NCBI RefSeq assembly: GCF_041956535.1
Contig: NW_027192234.1
Coordinates: forward strand, 7,376 to 44,425
Length of the DNA stretch: 37,050 nt
Direction: 5' to 3'
DNA from: Calcarisporiella thermophila CBS 279.70
Lineage: Eukaryota > Fungi > Calcarisporiellomycota
Shown piece after piece: positions 22,745-34,410 of the stretch; position 1 is the stretch's first letter, and each line of letters opens with the position of its first letter. The position numbers were made by a program, and so were the translations under genes. The notes below the pieces were generated by a model. It saw only the letters and a program-made list of their open reading frames with translations, had not been told where the DNA came from and ran no database searches.

Positions 22745-25106
22745 ATGAATGTTACTTCGGTGTTCGATCAAAAAACGAAACAGGCGACTTTGGAGGTGAT
22801 TTCAAAGCAGGATGCCGAGAGCACTGGGGCGTCGAATGTGCGCCGTTTTTTCGCGGACAAAGATTGGAAATTTTATACAGCCGTTGCATTGGCTGTGGTA
22901 GTAGCGGGTACTGGGATCTGGTATTTGGCTTCCCCCTCTTCGGCCTCTGAGAACCAGGCTGGAAAAAAGAAGAGCCGCAAGAAGAAGACACCGTCTTCGG
23001 GCGACAAGGAACCCGGGGAGAAGAGAACGCCGGGAGAAGGTAAGATTAGTGAAAGAAGTATAGGTTCATGCCGTAGTTTTAAAAAGTTTTACCCGGGTAG
23101 AGGAACAAGATATTTTAACTCTACCTAAAGAACAGATTACAAAGCTCTCTGAAAAGGTAATCCATATAACCAACCGTCCTCTGCATCCACCCAATTTACA
23201 ACGCCTTGAACTAACGCTGCCCCTCCTATTAGGAGCGAAAAACCGCTGCGCAAACTTTGAAAACGCGTGGCAATGCCAAGTTCGGCGCGAAGCAGTATAG
23301 TGAAGCGATTACGTTCTATTCCAAGGCTATCGAGTTCCACCCTGATCCAGTTTATTATGGCAATCGCGCCGCTTGCTATGCAAATTTGGAGGAGCATGAC
23401 AACGTGATCGCAGACTGTAATGAAGCACTGCGCATGGATCCAAGCTATGTAAAGGCTCTCAACCGCAGAGCACAGGCGTATGAGAAATCGGGGCAGAGCG
23501 AGAAGGCTCTTCATGGTATTGGATGCCTCCTTTAGAAGGATGTCTAGATCTCTGTATGATAATATCCCGGCCTCTTTTTGATTAGATTTCACCGCAGCTT
23601 GCATCCTTGATGGATTTAAGAATCAGACGGCGTCGACCTCCATGGAACGTATGCTAAAACAGGTTGTTGAAGAAAAGACCAAGGCGATCATGGCGGTAAG
23701 TGGTTATTATACATGTTCTCTTATCGGTTAATATCTGATCCCATTACCTATTAAGACGAAGAAACCGCGGCTTCCTTCTAAAACATTTATATCCACCTAT
23801 TTTGACTCCTTTCGGAAAGGTTAGTCATTCAAAACTTGACAACGGCCCTCGCCTTTGTATTATGTCTCATCACCCATTTTGCCCCATACTGCTAGAGCCG
23901 GACGAAGAAGCTGAAGAGCCCGCAGACAAAGAAAGCGGTGATGCGTATTATTACCGAGCGAAATCGCTTTTGCGAGAGAAGAAATACGAGCAGTCAATGG
24001 AGGCATGCATGAAGGCCGTTGAGCTTGGATGTAGTAGAATGGTTAATGCTATGCAGCTGAAGGCCACTTTCTTGATGCTCAAAGGAGATGTAAAGGGTGC
24101 ACTAGAAACTCTTAGGGAGACAGTGAAGCTCGACCCAACATACACTAAAAGTTACATCCAAATGGCAAGCATATACATGGAACAATGTAGGCCATGATAC
24201 CTTCAATAGGCCCCCTCACAATCTCTATGCTAACATCTCTGTTTCCTTCAATTCTAGCCGACCCTGTTAGCGCATTCCAACAGCTTGATGAGGCGTTCAA
24301 GATTAACCCCAATGATCCTGACGTTCATTTCCACCGGTAATAGACTTGTTACAGCTTTACTTTTAGCCTGACAGAAATAAGCTTGGACATGCCCCCTTCT
24401 AACGCAACATTGATTCTCATGTTTTACCAATAGGGGCCAACAGCACTTTATTGCCGGAGATCTCACTGCTGCTGCCGACGCCTACTCTAAAAGCATTGAG
24501 CTCCATAACGATTTCCCTTATGCGCACATTCAATTCGCTGTGGCACAGTATAAGCTCGGCAATGTGGAAAAGGCTTTGTCACTGTTTGAAAAGATGAAGA
24601 AGCAGTTCCCGGAATCCCTTGAAGTGCATAACTACTACGGAGAATTGCTCTTAGACCAGCAGAATTTCGATGCGGCAATTGAGATGTTCGACAAGGCCCA
24701 TCAGCTCGACCCCACACACGCTATCCCCTATGTCAACAAAGCACTCCTGGCAGCACAAAGAGATCACAACCTAGCCGAAGCGGAAAAGCTCTGCCGAAAA
24801 GCACTTCAAGGTAAATGGTCGCCAGATTTTTTGCATTTATTTCCGTGATCTAACCGCCTCCTCTAAATGCTCCCAGTCGATCCTGATTCTGACGCAGCTC
24901 TCGCAACCCTGACCCAAATCCTCCTCCAGCAAGGTAAACAAGCGGAAGCAAACGAGTGCATTGAGCGCTCGATTGAGTTGGCAAGAACAGAGGCGGAGTT
25001 GAGCAATGCCATCAGCTATCGAGAGGCGGCACGGGCGCAAGAAACATTCCTTAGAAATTATCCACAGCATGCCGAGCGGTTGGCTGCCTTGAGCTTGCAG
25101 CAATAA
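22745..25106 (+). CDS. TOM70: Mitochondrial import receptor Tom70 (TPR protein), multi-exon
   Basis: N-terminal TM anchor followed by a basic KKKSRKKK stretch. TPR clamp KTRGN..F...Y..AI..YSKAI, YYGNRAACY, KALNRRAQAYE, DFTAACI and PRLPS.TFISTY.DSF, then C-terminal TPRs (NYYGELLLDQQ). Confidence 0.95.
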
Positions 25107-25436
25107 ACGTTTTGCGCTGCTCGCCTTTTCTATTCATAAGTTGGAGATACAAAAGAACCATGTTGAATATCCATTCTTTTTTTTTTTTCCTTGTGGCATA
25201 AAAATATAAACGCCTAAATATCTCCTCATAATAAGTTCCATGAAAACCTCGAAATTGGAGGTAGAAATGACAATAATAACTACAATAACTACGGTATATA
25301 TAGGGGGAGGGATGTGTGCGACTTCATTGAAATAGTCGTTGTAAATGGGATTCAAATATCGTGGCAATAATGGTACACTAGTTTATATTAAAGTATATTT
25401 ATACAGCATACACGAGTCTAATTAGCATTCTAACAG

Positions 25437-27307
25437 TTAAGCTTTTACAAAAAGTCCTCGGTTAATATCAAAGCGAACCCAGAGAACAAAAAGAGAAGCA
25501 AATAAGGTCACAGCTACAAGGCAAAGGATGTGAGGACACGTTAATATACCCAATCTAGCCTGGATACAAAGGCAACTTACCCCCAGAAAACTCAATTAGT
25601 GGTAAATAGGAGGTGCGTCCTGTCATGTCGAAGAGTGCACCTGCAACAGGCATACCGAATAGAGATCCGAAAAAGAGCGAGAAATAAACGACCCCCATGC
25701 AGGTTGGGAGATCCTCAGGAGAGACGAGGTCGGCCAATGCCACTGGAAACAGGGAAACAAAACCGCCACCACAAATGCCATAGATCGCGATAAACAGTAT
25801 CAGGACACCCAGTTGATTAGATAAGGGCCAGATAAGGCTGATCGCCACACCCCCAATAAGCGCGCACAAGAACATAGTATTAAAGCGGCCACTGTAAGGA
25901 GACGAAAGTATTTTCTTTTGAATATCCGATATTTTTGTGTAGTTTTCAGTCAAAAATCGGCTTACAGTTTATCTGCTGCATACCCGATCACAATACGGCC
26001 TAGACTGTTAATCCCACTCATAACCCCTGGAAGCAGATGAAAATATTGAATAAGATGACATATATCATCACATTTAAGTCAATGGGATGACTACCAGACA
26101 ATATAGAAGCAACCGAAGGATTGACACCGATACTTTGCGCATAGGCTAAGGTGAAAGCGAAGGAGCGTAACGGAGTGAGAGAGCAGAAGAAGTGCAAAGT
26201 ACTGCAGAGGGAGATGATATTTATACTTACGAAAGAGCATGAAGAATGGCGGAAGATAACTATTGATAATGGAACTCCAATTAATGAAATGGGATGAATA
26301 CGAGATATTCGCTCGAGCATTACCCAAAACTGGAGAATAGTCCAAAGCAGAACATTGCACCAATACGAAGAGTTAAGAATTTAAAGCTTAATCCCTTTTT
26401 GTCTTGCCGTTTAACTTCTAAACGGGGACGACTCAGTATAGCAGCACTGCCAAGGAAGACTAAGCTGATAATCGCATTGACGCGTAGAGCCCAGCGATAT
26501 CCCAACATTGCAATGATGTATCTGATTAATGGAGCCAAAACCAGCCCACCTATTCCGCTGCCGCTAATCGCTATCCCCGCTGCCTATGTAGACATAAGGG
26601 GGATAAACACATTGCATCTAGTTGAATTGATCTCTTCATGACAATGGGAAATTACCAGACCACGGTATTTCTCAAACCATTGAGTTGGGAGAATAACGGC
26701 AGGGAAGAACATGAATGCACTGCCAACGCCGAACATAACCCCTTGAGTGAGGTAAAGTTGCCAAATCTATGTTCATCAACAAAATATTTAGAAAAATATG
26801 CAGAGAAGTCAATCTACGCCGCTCAATGCCTACCTGAGTATGGAAACTAGCTAGAATTAGGCCCAGGAAACAAGAGGCAGTTCCAATAACTATACTACGT
26901 CTATATCCTATTCGATTAATCATTGGACCTAGGAAGAGTCCCAGAATAAACATGCAAGAGTTTGGTATAGTGCCAATGTACGAGATGGTTTGAGTAGAGA
27001 TTTGCCCCCGAAATTCTACATTAAGATAATGCTCCTACATTTCGTCCATACGGTGGGTCAGTAGAGACAATAAGGCAAGGGGAACGAGCCGTCTTACCTG
27101 ATATATTCCCCAGTAATATATATATCCAAAATTATTGAATATGATTAGGAAGCAGCCCAGAACCACTAGCCAGCCTCTAAAAGAGTCAACTGGAGGCGCG
27201 CCTCTCTTATCTGCTTGAGATGGCTGGTCTTCTGCCTTCCCTTCCTCCACAACTACGGTTTCTGCTAAGGTGGATGGCTTTTCGTCTTCGGAGACCGGGC
27301 TACTCAT
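25437..27307 (-). CDS. MFS transporter, monocarboxylate porter (MCH/SLC16-like), about 9-10 short introns
   Basis: Motifs PPVDSFRGWLVVLG, SQWFEKYRG.AAGIAISGSGIGG, LGYRWALR and GRIVIGYAADK.GRFN. C-terminus NRGLFVKA*. Confidence 0.9.
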
Positions 27308-28697
27308 ATTTGCTGTGATCACTCTTCACTGTTTGCGTGAGAGAATATAGGATTTATTTTGAAAATTCTAAAATTGCGCAGTTACATAACACGGGCGCTT
27401 TTAAAGGGATTCGAAGAACATAGTTTTGCTCACGAACCTTCGATATAATTGCCGTATTTTTTTTTATTTTCAGACAATTGTACCTCGGTGTAACGGAATA
27501 TCTCGTGATAAAGTGATGGATGGATTTTACATTTTAATCCAATAAGGATAGATGATAATCTAGCATGATGAGTTATTTAAGTATTAACGCCAATCCAACC
27601 AACTAAAGAGTTCATCCTTTTATGTTTTAATAGCCAGCTTATTTCAACGTAAGATCTACTGTTGCTCTCCTATGGCATTGCAGTGGATCGGGAGGATAAA
27701 GTATAATCTATATACACACCCACTGAACAACTTAAAAAAATACTGTTAGTAACGCCAAGTCCACGTTGTTAAAGAGTGCATAGTTTGAAAAGACTAGACA
27801 TACAAAAGAACCTAATTTTTGTCAAATAACTATAAGAATTGGAAATATAAATGGTGTACGCTGACATATTGGAAAAGGATGGCATGGGGGAGTTAGTTGG
27901 CTCTAAAGAAAAATAAAAGTTCTCACGATTTACTGGCGTCCGACTAGTTAATGATCATAGAAAATCTTGGTGGTATGTAAGGTTCAATCTTGCGCAACAA
28001 ACATTACCTTAACTCACAACTTTTTTCACCTCAACACCTCTACCTAAGCTAGGGATATCACAGTTCTATCGTACGTTTCCGACATTAAAACTTGCTTCCT
28101 TGATTCCAAATATGTACTGGAGCTCCGAGACAGTGGAGGGACTTTTTAACTTGAAATATTAATATCTACTCAATATCCATCTCATTGAGGCTTATAGTTA
28201 GAATTTTAAATTACTAGAAACATCCAAGTTTGAGTTGCAGTTTTAATCCAATAGAATTATAGTTACAAATTTAAACTCTCTATGATACTTTGATATAAGG
28301 ATTCATAGGCATTTAAAGGAAAGAAAATTGCACATGAGCAAGAATAGAGTACAGTATAAAATTGCATTCAGAAGGTTTATACAATAATAAAATTAGCCAC
28401 TCTCGTTTTAAAGCAAACTCTAGATAAGTTTCGATTCTATATTGCATGTTATTCCTGACGCGATTTGTCTATCCCTGACTCCCTCAGAGGAAGGGCAATA
28501 CAATTCACTAACTTTTCTATAATCTGCTCCAGGAATAGAGGTTATCTTTGAGTATGCATCGTCGTTTGTATTGATATTCTTGTTTATTAATATGATATAT
28601 ATATTACTCTAGTGATCGAAAATATGGGCGTTAATTCCATTCAGGTATATAATGAAGCATATACAAATAGAGACTATTTCATAGAGTCAAACTTTTA

Positions 28698-30422
28698 TCA
28701 ATTTTTGGGGCAATTCAAGTCAGTGGACCATTCTTCACTTCCTACACAATTCCTGCACACAAATAGCCCACTGGGATCCACGTTGTTCTTGATTGTCTTG
28801 AGACGAGGATAATTGTCCCCGAAGAAGGCTTGTTGCCAATTAGGTTCGTTCACATCGGCTTCGTTCAAATAACAGCCCGAGTCGGGTGTGATATCTCTGA
28901 GCAACTGAGCAGAACGTGTCACATCTTCTGCCGCCGCTTTCTGCTGCTCAACTGTTGCCGTATCATCAAAGGAGGATGCAACGACAATGTGCCAGACGGC
29001 TTTCCTCCAAGCAGGGTTTACAGAAGTATCGCTGCCATTATTCCGAATTACAGCACCACCTGCTACCAAATGACCAATAATCGCCTTCTTTTTTGCAAGG
29101 TTCAGCAGCGTGTCAACAAATAGTTTCGATTTATCTTCATTCTCGAAGTTCTCCTTGGGGATCAACCTCGAAGCAAGCAATGCATTCTCGCCGACGGGAT
29201 CAGTGCAAAGATCTTTGGAGGGGTCGCAGTCCTTGCGATGCCATGCATTGAAGGAAGCATAATCAGTCGTTATCCCCATAATAGATAGTCCGGTGCGGTT
29301 ATTTGCAAAGGTCAACAGAGGTGCAACTGTTGCATTGGCCAGAGAGGAGTTTGCATCGGCATAGAAGTACGTAAGCAGCATTGAATTATTGCTAATAAAG
29401 AAATATCCACCCCAGCCAGCCTCTGCAAGCGAAGGATTAATTCGAACGAATTCTTTCAAAAACTCCTGGAATGAGGCAGAGTCTGTTGCGTTGGCGGATA
29501 AGATAAGACCTGAGACATTGCTTGGTGCTTTATGAGTTTTGTGCGTTGCTGTAACTACAACCCCGTAGGTTCCACCACCTCCTCCACGGAGTGCCCAGAA
29601 GAGCTCCTTATTTTGGCATGCATTGGCAACCTGCAGTTTCCCATCGGCGGTCACAATTGTAAATTGCAAAACATTGTCCACGCTCAGGCCATACTTTGGC
29701 GACAGTGCACTATGTCCTCCCCCTTGAACATATCCTCCAGCTGCGCCAACTGTAAGTGCATTTCCTCCTACAACCGTTAGATTAAGTTTCTCGGCAGCAT
29801 CATAGACCTCACCCCATTGAGTCCCGGCTCCCACTGTCACTGCCGAAACTTTTTCGCTTGAGTCACAGCCCTCGGGAATAAATGCATCATGGAAAGTAAT
29901 GTTCTTGAGATAATGGACCCAAATGCTAAGAGATCCCGGCGCGGTACTTCTACCGAGGAAATCATGTCCCGTATTTTTGACAACAAGACGCAAATTGTGT
30001 TTGGAAGCAAACTCTACAGTTTTCTGAATATCCGATACTCCAGTGGCTTTAACAGCATATGCCGGAATTGCACCAGGAAGGCACAGAGCAGTTCTATCTT
30101 CGCTCACTGTGCATCTTTCATTCCCATTCATTTCCCAAAATGTACCTTGCATTGCACCAGCTTGATCGCCGCGCCAGTAAGGATTGCTTCGCTTTTGCTT
30201 CGCAATGTTGCAAGCACTTTCGTTGTAGTTAGGATCGTGGCAAGGGGATGCAGGTGGTGTGGGGACCAAGAGCTGCCCTCCAACTGATGAGTTAAATTGG
30301 TTCCATGCATTTGTGTCAGGCCAGCAACTATCCTTTGGCAAACATCGGCATTTGCGCTGGGCTTCTACGATCAAAGAAGAAGCAATGAAAAAGAAAAGGC
30401 TGGTGTCAAACCGCATATGCAA
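28698..30422 (-). CDS. Secreted FAD-linked oxidoreductase, berberine-bridge/VAO-PCMH family, intronless
   Basis: Signal peptide; KNTGHDFLGRS (covalent FAD His), GGYVQGGGHS and LFWALRGGGGGTYGVV motifs; BBE C-terminus YLNEAD...FFGDNYPRL..IK...DP. The start could be 30416. Confidence 0.95.
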   Translation of the reverse strand: MHMRFDTSLFFFIASSLIVEAQRKCRCLPKDSCWPDTNAWNQFNSSVGGQLLVPTPPASPCHDPNYNESACNIAKQKRSNPYWRGDQAGAMQGTFWEMNGNERCTVSEDRTALCLPGAIPAYAVKATGVSDIQKTVEFASKHNLRLVVKNTGHDFLGRSTAPGSLSIWVHYLKNITFHDAFIPEGCDSSEKVSAVTVGAGTQWGEVYDAAEKLNLTVVGGNALTVGAAGGYVQGGGHSALSPKYGLSVDNVLQFTIVTADGKLQVANACQNKELFWALRGGGGGTYGVVVTATHKTHKAPSNVSGLILSANATDSASFQEFLKEFVRINPSLAEAGWGGYFFISNNSMLLTYFYADANSSLANATVAPLLTFANNRTGLSIMGITTDYASFNAWHRKDCDPSKDLCTDPVGENALLASRLIPKENFENEDKSKLFVDTLLNLAKKKAIIGHLVAGGAVIRNNGSDTSVNPAWRKAVWHIVVASSFDDTATVEQQKAAAEDVTRSAQLLRDITPDSGCYLNEADVNEPNWQQAFFGDNYPRLKTIKNNVDPSGLFVCRNCVGSEEWSTDLNCPKN

Positions 30423-30900
30423 TATTATGTTCTAGTTTAAAAACTTATATGAAGAAGTCTTTTTGTTTTTCTTCCCCATTTCATTGTTACGTCTATTATA
30501 TATTTAACTTTGCAGAAAAAAAAGAAATTTCTCAGAATGGAATGAGCCGAGAAAACAGCCGCAGTTTTCAGAGGATCTACCGAGTAAAATAGTGCTAAGA
30601 ATTTTTCCGCCAAGAAGGGGCTATGATATTACGAAAACCCTTTTAGTAAATTTCAGTAGTCAATAGGTTGACTCAGCCTGTTTTCATGAATCAGAAGAGT
30701 TGCTGAGCGAATCATCATATCATAATTCAAGCTCAATTCAGTTAGTACCCTGCTGCTTCCATCCATTACTCGAATTTTCCGTTGTTTTATTGCATGATCC
30801 AATGTATTTTGTCCTTAATCATATACAACGGAGATTGTAAATTTTGTTTCGATATATGAATATATATTGAAGAATGGCCTCATTATTTGGCAACTAGTTA

Positions 30901-31895
30901 CTAAACCAAATTTAAGCAAGGCTTATTATTGTTGCCATTATTCCTAGCTACGACACCGCCTACTACCATATGACCAAAGATATACTTCACATTCAAAATT
31001 TTTATTAATGTAGCAACGAACTGATCGGATTTTTTATTGTCCAAAAAAAAATCTCTTCGGGAATCAACCCCAAACCAAGGATGTAAGTCTCGCCAGTAGG
31101 TTCGGTATCTAAGCTGGTAGGATTCGAATGCGAAATCAGTCGATGCCACTCCATAAAAATCGAAACTTCAAATAGATCCTCATGGACAGACAGTTTGGGG
31201 TTATTTTTTTGCAAATACCATCAACGGCCCAACGGTATCGGCGGCCAAAGACTTAATTTCACTAGGGAAAATATACGCAAGCAACATAGCACTATTGACC
31301 AAGTCGAAATATCCGCCCCAGCCAGCGTCCGTTTGCGAAGAATTAATCCGGATGAATACCTTCAAAGGCTCCTTAACTGCAGCAGAGCCTGTTCCATTGA
31401 CGCGAAAAGGCAGTCCAAAAAGGTCTCTGAGTGCACTATGTGTTTTATATGTATCTGTAACTACAACCCCATAGGTTTCTCCACCTCCTTCACGGAGTGC
31501 CCAGAAGAGCTCTTTATTCTGGCGTGAATTGGCCATACGCAGCTTCCCATCGGCGGTCAAAGCTGTAAATTGCACAACGTTGTCCACGCTCAGTCCATAC
31601 CTTGGCGACAGTGCACTATGTCCTCCCCCTTGAACAAATTCCCCGGTCGCGCCTACCGTGAGGAAACTTCCTCCAAGTATAGTGAAATTGAGCTTTTCAG
31701 TGGATTCATAAATCTCTCCACACTGAATCCCGGCAGATGGTGTGGGGACCAAGAGCTGTCCTCCAACTGATGCTTAAAATTGACTCTCTGCATTTGCGTC
31801 AGACCAGCAACTATCCTTTGGTACTTACACTGGCCTGCCTCAATTGCGTTTAGTAAGTTAAGAAAAATTGCAAAAAGGAGAATTGTTATTTGCAT
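30901..31895 (-). pseudogene. Decayed tandem paralog of the adjacent FAD oxidoreductase
   Basis: High nucleotide similarity to 29000-30350. Frameshifts split it into four ORFs. A deletion of about 423 bp removes the GHD FAD-attachment region, GGGGG is mutated to EGGGE, and the 3' end is missing. Confidence 0.9.
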
Positions 31896-32500
31896 TGATC
31901 AAAATTCAAAATGTTTTTTATTTTGGTTGAACGTGCAATTATAATTATTTCACACTAGTTATCATCATTTATGTTTTATAGGAAAGTTTTACCTTTTTTT
32001 TCTAGTTCAAAGAAAATGCACGATATACGCTGTATAATAAATTTCGGCTAATACACTCCATAAATTTACATATTAAATGCTATGAGCCTCAGATATAGAA
32101 TATTAGACCAAGTCGCGGCAGCATAACTTCTAATTGGTTTAGATGAGAATTGGCTAATAATTACTTTCCAGAAATAACTAAAAAAATTATTTGTTTTTGG
32201 GATTTTACATCTAAAAAACAACTAAAATAAAAAAGTGACGTCCTTAAAAGTAGAGCTAGAAGCTATTATAAAACTTTTTATAATCTTGAGGAAGATACAG
32301 TTTTCGTATAGCCATATCTCTAAACAGCATGAAGTTTCTACAAAGTTAAATATATTTCGATAGTTGTATTGCTTAGAGAGAAAATTCGTACCGGCTAAAA
32401 AATAAACTTAAAAATACTGCTTTTATTTTATACGCAACCAACCATGCCGGTAAAAAGATATAGGATGTTCAGATAATACGAAAACTTGTCAAAGAAAACC

Positions 32501-33290
32501 TCACTTGCGATACCATAAAACGGTGGACTTCGATCTATGGATTTTCTTTTGCAGTTGCATAATCCCATAAATTAGGGCCTCAGCAGTAGGGGCTGTTTCA
32601 ATAGTTCAAGAAAATAAAATAAAATGAGGCGTGAGGTAAAGCTTTAATAAATGAATTTTGTAATACTTACGGCAACCGGGGACGTAAATATCTACTGGAA
32701 TTATACGATCACATCCTCGAACAACTGAATAAGAATAGTGATAATAGCCCCCGCCATTTGCACAAGACCCCATTGATATTACCCAACGTGGCTCTGGCAT
32801 CTGATCGTAGAGTTTACGCAGAGCGGGCGCCATTTTATTAGTAAGCGTGCCTGCGACTATAATGATATCACTTTGACGTGGTGTTGCACGAGGAACAAGT
32901 CCAAAACGATCAAAATCGAAACGAGATGCGTAGCCCTGCATCATCTCCACTAAAAGTGTTATATTAGTCTCAAGGAAATAAGCTAAAATTCAACTAAAGT
33001 CTCATACCACCACAGCAAGCTAATGCAAATGTCAAGGAGTATATTGAACTAGTTCTCCCCCAGTTGATGAGATTATCTAAAGAAGTTACAGCGAATTCTA
33101 ATAATGCACATATCAATGTCCATTTTGATATGAGTAAAAGGTATAAGTTACACATATTCTATTTACGAGCAGTTTTATCAAAGGATGGTGTTGAAGATGT
33201 TAATGCTACATTCCCAGCTGCTTTATTCGCTAGGCATCTCCGTGGAACAGGTGGAACAGCTACAAAAATTTTAGGTACTAATTTTGTCAT
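32501..33290 (-). CDS. NDUFS7: NADH:ubiquinone oxidoreductase 20 kDa Fe-S subunit PSST (NDUFS7/NuoB family), divergent; at least 3 introns, 5' end uncertain
   Basis: Spliced protein includes [58 protein letters not shown] and VPGC.PTAEAL, with all four N2 cysteines present. The ATG at 33290 follows an AG acceptor, so an upstream exon is possible. Confidence 0.93.
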
Positions 33291-34128
33291 CTAACGAAAA
33301 TAAAAAATCACAGATAAATATTGCATCTCCTATTATCTCAGAATAGTCGCTTACATTAAGAGTACTCTTATTAAGAAAAATTTTCACAGGAGCAATGATT
33401 CCATCTATTCAGCAGAATACAACGGATTATAAAGAATAACAAATTGCTCCCTCAAAAATTATTTACCACTACAAACGGCAACCCCGGAGAAAATTTTTCT
33501 ACTTAACATTTCGTATGGCTCAGGTAGAAAAGAAACTGAACTCCAGTAGATTTATATTAGACAAACTACATACCAGCTGTCGTCAGTGCAATTTAGTACT
33601 CAAAAAAATCATTTCGAGAAATTCAAATTTATTTAAAGAATACATATGAGATCCGTGTTAATAGAGAATAGCACAATAGAAATCAAACAGTACGATTGCT
33701 CATATGACTTTTATTGACTCATTTGGATGTTGACTTGGAGCTATGTATTTTATACTGCCCAAAACTCAAATTGAAGGTAATAATCCGGGTTGCAGAGAAC
33801 ATAATGAGTCATTTCGGAGCGAAAGATTCTACTATTAATATAAAAGTCTTACAAATTACGGATGAGTTTTCACGATATTTTCCGCAGATTAAGTTCAAAT
33901 GTGAATGGAGTGTCCCAAAGTTTAATGCCTATATGGCATTAGTGAAAATAAAAGATAATCGAAATAACAATACCCAAAAAATGCAATTTCTCAAGTGTAT
34001 TATCTATAATTCTCACGGAATATTTCACTTTGATATAATTAAAGAATATTTATTGAAAGATATCTATGCGAATAATAGCCAAGAGATATAAAATAAAAAA
34101 AGTGTCTAATTTTTTGTTAGGGGGGTCC

Positions 34129-34410
34129 NNNNNNNNNNNNNNNNNNNNNNNNNNNNNNNNNNNNNNNNNNNNNNNNNNNNNNNNNNNNNNNNNNNNNNNN
34201 NNNNNNNNNNNNNNNNNNNNNNNNNNNNNNNNNNNNNNNNNNNNNNNNNNNNNNNNNNNNNNNNNNNNNNNNNNNNNNNNNNNNNNNNNNNNNNNNNNNN
34301 NNNNNNNNNNNNNNNNNNNNNNNNNNNNNNNNNNNNNNNNNNNNNNNNNNNNNNNNNNNNNNNNNNNNNNNNNNNNNNNNNNNNNNNNNNNNNNNNNNNN
34401 NNNNNNNNNN
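34129..34410. other. Assembly gap (N run)
   Basis: Run of N bases. Confidence 1.

Noticed and set aside
33714-34091. 125-aa ORF
   Set aside because: Non-ATG start, AT-rich, and no recognisable motif.
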